64,000 bases of DNA from Azolla caroliniana (Eukaryota; Plantae; Polypodiophyta): the NCBI GenBank assembly GCA_043228905.1, contig JBHGNT010000012.1, forward strand, positions 3,472,001-3,536,000, given 5' to 3'. Both the position numbers and the translations under genes were made by a program. The notes beneath the pieces were generated by a model. It saw only the letters and a list, made by a program, of their open reading frames with translations. It was not told the DNA's origin and searched no databases. This document shows, in pieces, positions 47,026 through 60,437 of the stretch; positions within the stretch are counted from its first letter, which is position 1; each line of letters begins with the position of its first letter.

Positions 47026-47278
47026 CATAGTACGAATCATACGTACCATACGGTCATCCCGCATTCGAGAATGTTTTAACCATTAGAGTATGGTAAACAC
47101 CCTCAAAGTATGGTAGATACCATACTTTAGTATTCATTATTTATTATAAGGTAAAAAAAATTTTAAGGTAAGAAAGTGTAAAAGAAAAACATAAAAATAT
47201 TTTGACAACATACCCATTCGTTTGCATTCGTATGAAAAAGAATGTTTGCCAATGCATTCGAGTATATTACGTACTATG
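47026..47278. mobile_element. MITE with CATAGTACG...CGTACTATG termini (short copy)
   Basis: Terminal inverted repeat; internal match to 56274-56794; absent from the homologous position of the right arm. Confidence 0.72.
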
Positions 47279-48319
47279 GGCATAACATACTCTTCACTAA
47301 AATACTACAAACTTTGTGTAGTTTTGTACACAATAAAGTCACATGATTACAAAAATAACTAAAAACTCAATTGCCAAATAATTTACATAATCTAATGGTT
47401 AAATAAAACACGATTGTATGGACACCATCAAAATCTAGCAAAACTTTTATCATTTAATAACTATAGGATTATGTTTTTTCTTTATCGAGCACAAAGTAAA
47501 AGAAATTTGTTCTTCCTAAAACAAACGTGTTTTTTTGGTTTTCCATACACCTAAATGCTCACAAGGGAAGCATCGTCCTTTTTGAAATTGTTCCCGAAAC
47601 CAAAAATCCATCCGTCTTGGTTCAACTCCCCCTTTCAAGGTGTGTATAGGCAATCACGATAAAAAAACGACTTTAGTGTGATTAGTCAACGTTGTACACT
47701 CATTTCACAAAGCATCGAACGTCTTGATGTCAAAGGGGATCAGAGACTAATAATTATGGGTACACTAATTTACCCTTTTCTTTTTATCAATTTTGCATAC
47801 TCAACATATTATTGGACATGTGGTACTAATGACCTTACAATGGTCGCTACCACGGTCACCATCTCTAACTAAACTTGCCCAATTCTACTTTGTTGTCTGT
47901 CTGTCTGTCTCTATATAGAGAGAGAGATAGGTATAGATATCACAATGAAAACACATAGTCATATTGATAAACGTGTGCGAAAAACACTATAATGACCGAA
48001 TTGTGCAAGTTGAATTGCCATATAGCCAAGACAAACACCCCATTGGGCCTCGATGATATTTGTTGTGTAGGAAGAAGGATAAGATGGGAATCACATGGGT
48101 TGCGGGGAACCATCCAACAACTCGTAAGCTATCAAAGGGAGTTACAATATTGGACTTATCTACACATGTGATGGGCTTGTAGATTTTCCCCATTGCAAGA
48201 CATGTGTTCACACTCACTGATGTGAATACCTATGCATACGTTGAAAAGAGAAATTAGAAGGAAACGGGGATTGAATAATAAAAGAAGAAAGAGCAAAAAC
48301 CTAAACATAGAGAAATGAC

Positions 48320-48344
48320 CACATATACACACACACACACACAC

Positions 48345-48377
<33 letters not shown>

Positions 48378-48417
48378 CACACACATACACACACACATAT
48401 ATATACATACATATACA

Positions 48418-48459
<42 letters not shown>

Positions 48460-48489
48460 GAGAGAGAGTATTGACATTCTATGGATCTC

Positions 48490-48549
<60 letters not shown>
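48320..48549. repeat. (CA/TA)n and (GA)n microsatellite cluster
   Basis: Directly visible. Confidence 0.93.
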
Positions 48550-48552
<3 letters not shown>

Positions 48553-49102
48553 TGACCTTCTATGGATCTTGATGATGAAGAGGATTGATCAACCCAATGA
48601 AGAAGAAGGAAAAGAAAGACTACACTGTTAGGTACAAAGGACCCAAAGAATCGCTTAAGTAAAGAAATTTGTGTTTGAAGGGTATTCTGGTAAATAGGGC
48701 TTTGTAGATCTGAGTGTATAATTACTTTATAAAGTGTAATTTTTTGAACATATAGGGGTAGTTTGATAAATTGGGAACTTCCAGGGGCATTATGGTAAAT
48801 AGACGAACTTCCAGGGGGGTGTTATATTGTTCATCTCTGAAGAAGACAATGATAAAATCTCTCTCTCTCTCTCTCTCTCTCGTTATGTTGGGAAGGGGCA
48901 GATTTTGTAATTTGATGAAACTCTGAGGGCTAGCTTTGTAAATTCGATAAACTCTGTCTCTGCCTCTGAGGCTCTGCCCCTGCTCCTCCGCCCATCGACC
49001 CGTCCATCGATTCGCAGAAGTTTTCTTCTGTGATTCTGTTTTTCTCCCCCTTCCCGAGCTTCTGCTTCTTCTTCTGCTTCGTCTTCTTCTTCTTCTGGAA
49101 CC

Positions 49103-51134
49103 ATGTTGATGTGTTCGCTCTTCACAAACACAGCAGGAAACATTCTTCTTGAAAGGTATGGATTCCATTCTTCCCTCTCTCATCTGTTTGTTTTCGTTTC
49201 TTGCACGCTTAAGTATCCATTTTCATACGCAAGCTTCCATGGTAACTCGATCCGAACACCAAAACTATATATATTTTTTGCTTTGTTTTACGTGGCTTTT
49301 TAATATCATATTTTTTCCTTTCTGTTCATATCTATCAATCGTGGTAGATGCCATAAGATCTATTTTAACGTGCACCTATTCCTTCATTCTCTGATATATC
49401 GCCACTCTTCCATACATCTCTGTATTCTTTCCACATAAACGTAGGAGAACGCTTACCTGTATATTCATCATTCACAGAGTCCATAAATATGTCTCATTGT
49501 ACCCAGATGGATCAAATAGGGATTCTATACGAGGGAAAGCTGCCAAAGGAAGAGATGTAATTCTCATTGCACAGATGATGTCACCCACAGCTACTCGGAA
49601 ACTATCAAAATAGAATGAAAGAGAGATGTATTTATTGTCTATTTATTGCATTGAAGAGGCACTGTTGGTTTCAATTATGAAATATCAAAGATTTAGATCT
49701 AGATTTGCTCATGATAAGAAGAGGGTCTTTAACAAGCAAGAAATCAAACCAATTGATTGTTGTATCAATGATTGAAGTCTTTTCATTTATGCTATTTGGC
49801 TGCGATTGTTAATGCTGAATGCAGAGTTATTTATTTGGTTGGTAATACTCACACTTATATTCATGGCATTCAGGTTCTATGGTGTACCGGCTGAGGAACG
49901 TTTACATTGGCGATCTTTTCTAGTAAAACTCGGAACAGATAACCTCAGTGGTGCTCACAATGAGGAACTCTTTGTTGCATCTCATAAGTGAGTAAAACAA
50001 AATGTTATAATCTTCCAAGTACATCCTAGTTCTTTGTTTACCTTGGATTTTAAAGTAAAATTTTCTTCATTTGTTGAATCTACATAATTGTAAAATTATA
50101 ACTTCTTGCTGATGTAATTGGAGTTCGACATGAAGTATTGTAGCTATTTCTTATATAATCAAGTGTTTTTGTAGGTCTGTCTTTGTAGTTTATACTGCTA
50201 TTGGAGACATTTCTATTTTCGTAGTCGGGAAAGATGAATATGACGAGCTTGCCTGTAAGTATTGTGATTTGGTTCATCAAACAGAAAAAAACAACATTTT
50301 GTATTATTTTGGAAAAGTTACATTTTATCTTATACTGCAATAGCAAACATTTCTAATTTTTGTTGTTTCCTTTCACACTGAGGGCAACTTGCTGTGCACT
50401 CTCTATTTCACAGTAGTGTGTAATGAGTTCGACGATGGAGACTATGTAAGGACCATAGCTAAGTAACAAAATTGGAATTGAATGCATATATTATCATATT
50501 ACGGCATACATAGCAACATCAAATAGAGTGTGATCTGGGAGGTTTATTGTTGCTATCGTCTATGCTTCCCAAGCTTCAAGTAATTTGAGGATAAAGAAAT
50601 GTTGATAGTATTAAAACTTTGGTTCTTGCCATCTTTGACCTACTATTAGTGAGTAAGTTGGAAATCCTTTACTTGGGATTCCGCTAATATTGAAGATGCC
50701 ATTCTTGTGCAAACTTCACCTTATGTTCAAGGGTGTTAACTTGTCTAGTTCAAAAGCAATTTATGAGGACATAATTTACAAATACCTAAAGAACTGCCCC
50801 ACTGAAGAAAAGTAAAACTATTATGCTGCTTATTTACTTTGTGCTTCCATACAGTGGCTGAGGTGCTGGTTGCAATCACATCATCTGTAAAGGATATCTG
50901 TAAGAAAGCTCCCACTGAACGTGCTTTTCTTGATAAATATGGGAGAGTATGCTTGTGTGTTGATGAAATTATTCTTCAGGTAATTTTATATCCAAAATCT
51001 AAATTGCATGGTCTCTTTTTAAGGTTCCTATTTTAAAGGTTGGAACTATTAACTTTTAACAGGGTACTTTGGAGCAGACTGATAAGGATCGCATCAAGAG
51101 AATGAGTCGGCTCAAACCTCTTGTTGATGCATAA
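49103..51134 (+). CDS. LOLITA: LOLITA/TSPOON, small longin (sigma-like) subunit of the TPLATE/TSET endocytic complex, 5 exons
   Basis: Exons 49103-49155, 49874-49987, 50175-50254, 50855-50979 and 51063-51134 join in frame: GNILLERFYGVPAEERLHWRSFLVKLG..VGKDEYDELA..FLDKYGRVCLCVDEI..DKDRIKRMSRLKP. Confidence 0.93.
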
Positions 51135-51814
51135 AGGTATGGCTAGAGAAAACATACAACACACTTGGTAGAATGTTCCTTACATCTGTCCAAGTTTGTA
51201 TTGCAATTGTAGTAATTTGTTTGCTTACGCTTAATGGAGCTCGTATTCAATGATATGGAAAGCTACTTCATCATTAGAGTAGTAATCCCATCTCTCTGAT
51301 GTCTTTTTTGTGTGTAATCTGTTAAAATAAATATGTTTGAACAAGAAGCTTTTGTATGTCTTTATTTCTCAATGTACATGGCATTTAGACTGGTCATTTT
51401 CCCTGCTAATACAGTATTAATTGCTAACTTCCCATCAGAAAGCAGGATCCTAAAAATCAAGGACGTCGTGAACTTCCTATTCAAAATCAGGATCCTATGA
51501 GAATAGTTCTGAAACTAAACATACAATACCATGAACTATGTTGACTCTTTGTGATGCAAATAAATTATAAATACAGCTGAGGTGTCAACCATGTTTCCCT
51601 ACCTTGGACAATTGACTCGTCCACCTCCTTGTCACCATCCTATGGTGTTATAAATCTCATCTGAATACATAATCACATGGCATGTGAAATAGGGCAATGG
51701 TGTACAGTGTGGTTTGGTAACACCTTGTAAGATTGTAATGGAACAAGAATTGTGCTCAAACTTCACCTTCATATCTTTGTGCTGTTTTACTTCTCTTTGG
51801 GCTATAGCTCTAGT

Positions 51815-52332
51815 TAGTAATCGGCAACGGCTCAGTTTGAACTGAACCAAACCGTAAAACCATGGCTTAATGGTTTAAATGGTTCAGTTCAGCTTCACGT
51901 TTTAGTAAATGGTTTGATTTGGGGGTTTAAAGGTTTGGTTCGAGCCTTTATTGATTTAATGATTTTCGGTTTAAACGGTTTGATGGTTTAGGATTTACAC
52001 TTGATAATTTTTTTAAATATGTTTTTGAACATTTTAAGCCTAGTTTTGATATTTAAGAAAAATCTTTAAATTTTGAAAAATTTAAATTTGTAATAATAAA
52101 AATTATTAAAAAAAAAAATTAAAACGTGAAAATTTGAATTTTGACCTAACTTGAAAACCAAAGCCGAATCGTGAAACCTTGGTTTTAACGGTTTAAAGGT
52201 TTGAAAGTCTCTATAACCATTTGGTTTGAGCTTGAATTTTTTGTAACGAATCGGTTTGGTTTGGTTGAAGTTTAAATTTTTTTTAAACAGTTTGAGTTTG
52301 ACACTCTTGAACCGAACCATTGCCAATTGCTA
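51815..52332. mobile_element. hAT-type MITE with AAACCG-rich subterminal repeats
   Basis: Imperfect 16-bp TIR TAGTAATCGGCAACGG / CCATTGCCAATTGCTA; 8-bp TSD GCTCTAGT / GCTCTAAT. Confidence 0.85.
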
Positions 52333-55300
52333 GCTCTAATGGTGGGTTGGCTCATCATTGTTAATCTTCTGCCCGGTTTCTACCACATGCAGAAAATACT
52401 CAATAGACTCATAAAGGCTTTATTGTAGCACTTTCGTGAGTGAATGCCCATTGCAAGGTTGTGTATCTCAGTGGAGCACCATTAACCCCAACAGTCTTGA
52501 CAATGGATTAACCTTGTTTCCCTACCTCAGGCAATGTTTTCCACCTCGTCACTGACACCATGCTATAGTGCTAGAAATCTCATTTGAATGCATAGTTGTA
52601 TGTCACATGGAGAAATGACAAGGATGATATGCTTGAGATGGTCATACCAAGCAAAAAAATTCAAGCCTTTTTTTAGGGAAAAGGATTTCTTTTAACTTCA
52701 TGCTCAATAGACTAGAAGCTTCTTATTAGAGTTAATGATACAACTTTTGATATAATGAATGGTAAAAGTTTTGTTACATTTCTAGAATGTCTGAGATGAT
52801 TATGTTTTATTTATCCATTGAATTATGTAAATTATTTAGCAAACTAGTTTTAAGTGATTGTGCTTCAATTATGTCACTTTACTGTAGTATTTGATCAAAG
52901 AGTAAGTTGTGCCCTTGTAACAGCAAGTTGGAGTTATGTCATGGCTTAAGGGTGATCTAGGCTGATAATCCAACTCCAGCTGTAAACATGAAAGGGTATC
53001 GGATCAAAACAACTCTCTGGTAGGAGAATGGAACAAAGTTAAGATATTTAAGAACTCCATGTGATTAGGTCTTTCGATCGGCCATATTTCGTTGACCACA
53101 TAATTGTACACATAGAAATGTTTGGGAAGTTTTAAAATGATAACATTTATGTCGGTTGATTCATTGACGATATACTTTGATGGGACATTTTTTAATAAAA
53201 GTTTGCTATTTATTTTTCTAACCATCTGTCTATAACATAATGTAAATGTTCTCAAATATGAACTATTTTGACATTCGAAGTAGGTTGTGCTGAACATTAT
53301 GTAGAGAATACAGTGTTTCACTAGCCTTCATACATATTTCAAAACACGGTACTCAACAACCACTCAACAAAATCACCTTTGTACATCCTATGTGGTGCTA
53401 GTTTCAATGGAGCATACACTTGTTCACATGCAATGCAACAATTGCATGCAACCTTTGTTTCTGTGTGTAGTTTGATTAATGCTTCAAGACATTGTCTTTT
53501 TTCTTCATTGGTAACCCCTTGGTTTCCCTCTTGATTTGTTAATGGTCATTATAGCCTTTGCACAATATTATTGCCATTGAAGTCTTTCAAACAAGTGCAT
53601 GTGATGATCATAAATGTTCTATGTTCTATGGGTGTGGAATTTGTTGAAGATTGAAAACATTCTTTAATCATAATGAGAGTGAGGAAGGAGAGGCTTTCTC
53701 TCATAATTAGTAATATATGTCGCAATTAGAGGAATGTAAATAATTGAGAGTGCTTAATTTTTGTAATCATTGCTAGTGAAGTAGTAATAAGATAGAACAT
53801 GGGAAGAGGGGGAACTGCAAATTCTACGGAGACAAGCACATAAGAGATGATAGAGGTAGGTCCACTAGAAAGAGTAGACCTAAATCAAAGAAAAATGAAT
53901 CAATGATAGAAGTTGTTGGAGAGAGGGAGCAAATCAATAACCTTACTATTTACATTTTGATTTGAAGGTTTGATACATTCAATAAATCAAGATCGCAACA
54001 TGTAAGGTTCATCACATACTAAGGATGAAGTTTAAATAAAAAACTTCTAATATGGAAGGTATATAGAGTATTCTATCTTTAATGGTTAAAACCATATCAT
54101 TTTCTTGGTACAAAATGACTGTTGAGGCATGAAAAAGGCATCTCTAAGACCCAAACAATGGAAACACATCTTTTAAATCATAATGACGATATTCAAAGGC
54201 ATTGAAATTAGAAGTTCACAACACATATACGTTAGTCAATGCAATATATAGCGTTGCCCTTTGCGGAGATTGATAAATCAAGTTAAAAAACAATGAAACT
54301 AAAGAATACCCAAATTTCATGAAGAAATAACCACATTACATGGAAACCGATGGAGCTTAAATGTTTCAAAGGGGCAAGCAAAAAGAAGTCTTGAAACTCC
54401 TAATTTTCATACAAAGGAACCACACAACACCTGTGGAGATTGGACCAAACTCTTAAGACTAAAAGATTCAATGACAAAAGGGAAATGAAACTCATACTTC
54501 CTAACTAATATTTAAGAAAACATAACCACAACATTTGATATTAGAAGTGGAGTCTTGGCATTTGTCCATGGAGCCTCAAGTCGACCACCCTAGCCTACGC
54601 CTACAATGGGCTTCAATTCCGTATTATGCACCCATGTGCTCCATTTTCAGTTATGAAAGGTGACAACACTACATGATAGCACACACATAGACAAATATTT
54701 CTCTCCCATACATGCTAAAACCCACACTTTTCTGTTGGCATCAAAACAATTGCTTCCTTATGATTTACCTCACATTCTCTTTGTTGTGAGTTTGGGTGTA
54801 AGGGCACAAGCAAGGAGTTTCGTTCACTCAACATTTTTACTTTTGATGAGTTCGTGTGTTTTAAGTATTACACTTATTTACCATATTCCACTTTCAACTA
54901 CATTAGAGTTGAACAATGTTTGCTAATAAAGTTACCATCCATCAAGAGTTTTTCTTTGACTTTGCGCATACATGTGTGAAAATGCTTCACTTTTGATCTC
55001 GCGAGTCATATTTGATATGTGAGGATGATAATAAAATCTATAGTACACCACATGCACAAAGTGTGTATGAATGTGGCATTGGACACACATGTGCCCACCT
55101 CGCGCACACATGCATAAAAACACACAATGCAGTGGACGATGCATGCCATTTCTAGGATGCATCATGCCAAACAAATGCTAGTAGATAGATAGACATATTT
55201 TATGATCGTCCTTGAAGATCAAACTTGAGCTCTAGGGCTGAAAGTGGAACATTTTCACTCAACATATGTGGAATGCATATGAGACTCATGATAGTCAAGA

Positions 55301-55475
55301 ATATTGTTGATAAATGTTGCAATCGACACTATACATTATGACTAAGAGAGAGGAATGTGTGTAGGGAGTGGACTAGATTGAAAAAAACTTGCAAAATAGG
55401 CTTGAATGTGGTCAAAGTCATAGAGGATTCTTGTCAATAGTGCAATATACCCAGGAGGTGGAACATGTCTAAGGG

Positions 55476-55852
55476 TAACAATCGGCAACGATTCGACAGT
55501 GTCGAACTCAAACTGTTTAAAACCGAACCATTTAAAAAAATTGAAATTAAAACCAAACCGAACTAAACCACAAAACTGTTACAGAAAATTGAAGCTCAAA
55601 CCAAAACTGTTTAGAGACTTTCAAACTGTTAAACCATTAAATCGTTAAAAAGTGGGCTTTCGCGGTTCGGTTTTGGTTTTCACGTTTGGTCAAAATTCAA
55701 AATTTCACATTTCAATTTTTAGAAATTAAAAATTTTCAATATTTCAATATTTAGTTTTTTAAATCGTACTGTTCAAACCGAAAACAGTTAAACTGATAAA
55801 GGCTCGAACCGAACTGAAACTGAAAATTGAACCAAACACTAAAATTGCCCTA
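55476..55852. mobile_element. Second, decayed copy of the AAACCG-rich MITE family
   Basis: Starts TAACAATCGGCAACG; internal TTTGGTCAAAATTCAAA matches the reverse complement of ~52120-52160. Right end uncertain. Confidence 0.7.
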
Positions 55853-56273
55853 CCTCCCCCCCAAACACTAATGTGTTATCTCATTGTCAAAGAGGATGTG
55901 AGCTAAACTCGTATAGAAGCAATAGTAGGTGCAAATGGTGGACAAAGAAAGGGATGGACGCAGTATCTATGGAGTGTGAGTGGGTAGCGAATGAATGAGG
56001 TGTCAGTGTTTCGAGAAACGATGGTCTCTAGTGAGTTCTTTTGCGCTACCACGATCATGATTGTTACGCGATGGGGATGGTATCTATAGATTGTAGGCAG
56101 GTAATGAATGAATGAATGGGATTTCGGTGTTCCGAGAAATGGTGGTGGTCTCTAGTGGGTTCTTTCTTTTGCGCGCTATTAGTAAGGCCAAAGTTGTCTA
56201 CAATAAAAGATGTGGCCTCCATAGCCACACACAAAAGAAAAATGGTCTCACAGGAAACAAACATAATATGAGC

Positions 56274-56794
56274 CATAGTACGTAAAATTCGTGTTCGTCT
56301 TGCATAACATTCGTTTTTGGAAAACGAATGCGAATGTTATGAAAACATTCATGTGGTTCTTTTTTTGTTTTTTTCCCAATTTTTTTATTGTTTTTTTTTT
56401 CATTTTTTAGGCTTATTTACCTCATGATAAATAGTTAATCTATAAGTATGGTATTTATCATTCTTTGAGGGTGTTTTTCTTACGCGAATGATTGAAACAC
56501 TCGCGAATACGAATGCACGTATGGGTCATACTATGGTACTATGAGCCATACGTAACATACGTGCATACGCGAATGGTTCAACCATTCCAATATGGTAAAC
56601 ACCCTCGAAGTATGGTAGATACCATACTTTTGTATTCATTATTTTATTCTAAGGTAATAGTTTTTTTAAAGGTAAGAAAGTTAAGGTAAAAAAAAACAAA
56701 AAACATAAGAATGTTTTGACAACAATAAACATTCGTTTTCATTCGTATGAAACGAATGTTTGCCAATACATTCGAGTATATTACGTACACTATG
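56274..56794. mobile_element. MITE with CATAGTACGTAA...TTACGTAC(AC)TATG termini, internally palindromic
   Basis: Terminal inverted repeats; related to 47026-47278; absent from the NTRC-side homologous site. Confidence 0.78.
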
Positions 56795-56950
56795 GAAAAA
56801 CAAACAGAACACAGACACAGACACACACAAAAGAGATAAAGAGAAGAAAGAACAGAAGAGAAGCACATGTAAAGGATGAACAGAAGAAGGGAATGGAAGG
56901 GATGGATGGGTAGGGAAGTAAGATCGAGTTGAAAGGAAGAGAAAGACAAA

Positions 56951-59900
56951 ATGACCCACCTCGCAGATTTCGCGATTCCTGCTACTTCTGCTTGTTGGCC
57001 TCTCTCTCATCCTTTCGATTCTTCTTCTTCTTCTTCTTCTTCCTCCTCCTCCTCCTCTTTCTCTACTCATGAGCAGCAGCACTTCAGTTATGCTCCTGGA
57101 CCCACTATCTCTTGCTCTGCCAGATTCTGCAGTGCCAACAACAATCACGGGAGCAGTCCATACAATGTCCTGTCTTCTTCTTCTTCTTCTTCTTCTGTGT
57201 TCGTCTCTAGAAGGACCGCCAAAGGTGCTAGTCCTGTGCTTGTTGAAAACCCAACTCTTGCTTCAGGTTAGACTTTTCTTTCTAAAATTTGGAAAATGAT
57301 CCCAAGTATTTTACCAAGCTTGTTGCATAGTGACTGGATATATGTTGTCGTTGTTAAAAGGCATATATGTATTGATTTAAGCCTCATAATTGGTTCAGGT
57401 TGGTTTCTCCTTCTAGAAATATTAGGAATTCTACCAAGCATTTGAAACATCTTGATTGGGTAAAAGTAGTATGTATTATGGGCATTGATCATGAGGTCGT
57501 TAAATTTAATGTTAAATTCTACCAAGTGTATGAAGCATCTTGATTGAGTAAAAGTAGAATGTAGTGTGGCCATTGATCATGAAGTCTTTAAATTTAAGTT
57601 AAATTCTACAATGCAGCATAATTAGATCAAGTATTGACAAGAAAGTATAATTGAGAGTGTTAAGCAAACCCATTAATGTAATTAGATTGCCAAATGTTGG
57701 AAAAAAACGAAGAATTAACTATACTTGCAATAAAAACAATCCATAACCTCAGTGAATTTTGGCTATTTATAAAATAAAAAAATTACACCCCTCCCCCCAA
57801 AAAAAACAGCACACACACACACATGTGAGTGAGAGAGAACAAGAACAAATAAGAGTAATAATTTTGGCAAAAGTAAAAATAAAGAATGATAGAAATAATT
57901 ACATAATTTAAAACAATTTAACCTGCAAATTTCATTTCAAGCCACAGAAATCATGTGCGGATCCTTATTCTTTTGTCCTAGTTTAGGTGGAAATGTTATT
58001 ATGGGATCAGTTTCTGCCAGAAAAAGAGATAGTGTGATCGAAGCAGATGATATCGATTCGAGACCCTACAAAGAGGAGGAACTCCCCCCTAAGCCATTGG
58101 GTTTTGGTCAAGGAAAGAGGTATGATACATCATTAGAAGAAAAGATTCTTGAGGAAATCGAACGTGACAGAATAGCTCAGACTGCTGCCAGCTCATCAAA
58201 TCGAAAGAAATTAGAAGGATCTAAGAAGCAAGATCCCGCAAAGAAAAATAATTCAGCAAGTAAGAAAAACAACCAACTTGGTCATGACATTATTTATTTA
58301 TTTTAAGATTGTACGATGGTTATATTCTTCAGACGCATGCAAAGTATTGAGTGCAGAGTGTCAAGGAAAGAAATTTTATTTTGGACTTCATTTTGTTTAA
58401 ATTCGCTAAACCATATATATACAACTATGTATTAATCCATTATACATATATCCATCTGGTTGATGTGCGTCAATAGGCATTTTTTAGTAATTAGATCTTG
58501 ATGCCCCTTTGCTTGTTTTACTCTTTTCTTTTGTAATGAATTTATATTGCTTTACCATATCTTGAATTAAAAGAAAATTTCTTGTTTCTATTAACTTTGC
58601 CTACTCAATCAACAGCTACTGGGGTGAAGGTAATGATGAATGATTTGCCGAAGAAAAAGAATATAAAGAGAGACTTGTTATCAGCTTTCAAGCATGTCCC
58701 AGGACTTCTGGAAATAAGTCCTAGTGTGCTTGGTAATGAAAAGACACGTGATCCAATATGCAAAGGATTTGGAATCTTGATTTTCGATAACATTGATCAT
58801 GCTAGAAGGTGTGTATGGAACCATGAATTTTATATAAGTTTGGCAATAAGGAATGTTTTTAAAGTTTCTTATGTGATGTATAAGGCAATGCTTTTACTTT
58901 GTTCTTTTAGCATCTAATATCTTGTTTTTTGAACATTTGTTCGTGGAGTTTTTGATATGTAATTCCAACTTTGTCTTTTTCTTTTTTTGTAGCTTTGTCT
59001 CATCATTTGAGGGTGAGCCGATTCAATTCGGTAAAGTAACAAAGCAACCATCTTACAGAATGTTGAATGAAGGTGTTGCAGACACAATGACTATCAACTC
59101 AAAATTCATGAATGAAGTGCCTAGATTGAGAATAAGGGAGAAATCTAGTAATTTGATTGTAAAGTCTCTTGTTTCTGATGTGCCTTCCTCTGATACGGAA
59201 TATGGAAATCTAGTTAGCAATGTTGTATCAGCTGAGAAAGCACCAACGTTTCAATTGCAAAAGAATGGAACTTTACATACTGAAATTTTACAGAAAGAAA
59301 AGGCTGCATTATCAGGAGAAGTTGAATTATATGAAGAATATGATATATCTGGAGAAGAGGATGATGATGATGACATTAACGATGAAATTGAACTTGGTGA
59401 TGATGATGAAGATGAAGATGAAGATGAAAATGAAGATGAAGATGAAGATGAAGATGAAGATGAAGATGAAGATGATGAAGACTATGAATATTTCGATGAT
59501 GATGTACAAGTGGAATTCTTTGCCAGTGGAGAAAATCAAAATCTGGTGGTTATTGACAACAGTCTGAAAGATAATCAGGATGAATCCAGAGATATTGATG
59601 CTCATATGAGTGAATCTGAAAGGAGAATCGAAGAATTAGAAAACAATCTAAGAAAGAAACTAGGGGTAGGAGAGATTGCCGATAAACAAATAAGGTCTGA
59701 AGAACAAGTAAGTATGGCAAATTCGAGGGCTTTTAAGGTGAGGAAAACTCGAGGATCAAAGAAGATAAAACCAAAAAAAGGAAATAATGTGGCAGCGGTT
59801 ACAACCGGGTAAAACTTTACTTCAGTAATCTCTATCATCTTATATATAGTTATCTATGTATGAAGTAAAACAGAATGATACATGAATGTTGATGCAAGCA

Positions 59901-60437
59901 GAATGTGTGTGTGTGTTTTGGGGGGGGGGGGGGGGCGGGGGTTTGATCAACATTAATTTCTAAGAATTTTGAATTTTTTTGGCTATTTGTATGGCCAGGG
60001 TTTTTGAAAGATTTGCTCAATCATTTACATGCAAATAATTGCAAGTAATAGTCTCCAGAATGAGCTAAATATTAGGAGACCTTGAACAATGAGACAAATC
60101 ATAGCTACCCATGATGTGCCAAGGCAACGAGATGTTTGCATTAATTTTAGACATTTTTCTTTGTTCCTAGGAAACGTTATAGTTTTTGACCCACTAGTTG
60201 TTCACTATATTTTTTATGACAATTCAAATATCCCTTTTCTGACCTTTGTTTATTTTCTTTTCAAGCTTCTCTTTATTTGTTATGTTTGTGTAAGTTCAAC
60301 TCTTGGTTAGTTGCCTTGTGAAGGTATATGGTTCTAAAACTTTTCCTGTAATGTGTAGGCTGAAGAAAAATGACAGAGCAATCATGATGGGCGTCTTGGA
60401 AAAGTATGGAAAGCATCCAAAGAATACATTGTCTTGA
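56951..60437 (+). CDS. RBD1: Chloroplast RRM RNA-binding protein, RBD1-like, with an NTRC-homologous transit-peptide first exon
   Basis: Proposed exons 56951-57266, 57987-58280, 58616-58808, 58993-59808 and 60359-60437, all GT-AG and phase-compatible. Motifs LGFGQGKRYDTSLEEKILEEIE, RRM LPKKKNIKRDL..DPICKGFG, acidic tract and C-terminal LKKNDRAIMMGVLEKYG. The RBD1 name is recalled from Arabidopsis, not searched. An alternative start at 57953 is possible. Confidence 0.72.
59397..59481 (+). repeat. (GAAGAT)n coding repeat giving a poly-Asp/Glu tract
   Basis: Encodes DDDEDEDEDENEDEDED... Confidence 0.9.

Larger units (their letters stand above)
52670..57610 (+). repeat. Right arm of the inverted duplication
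   Basis: Reverse-complement homology to 43230-47525, interrupted by two MITEs. Confidence 0.88.

Noticed and set aside
56951-57271. A second NTRC gene
   Set aside because: Only exon 1 and the start of intron 1 are duplicated; no reductase or thioredoxin exons follow.
60295-60323. Candidate microexons (11 or 13 nt) before the last RRM-gene exon
   Set aside because: Neither preserves the frame alone, whereas the direct 59808-to-60359 join does. RNA data are needed.
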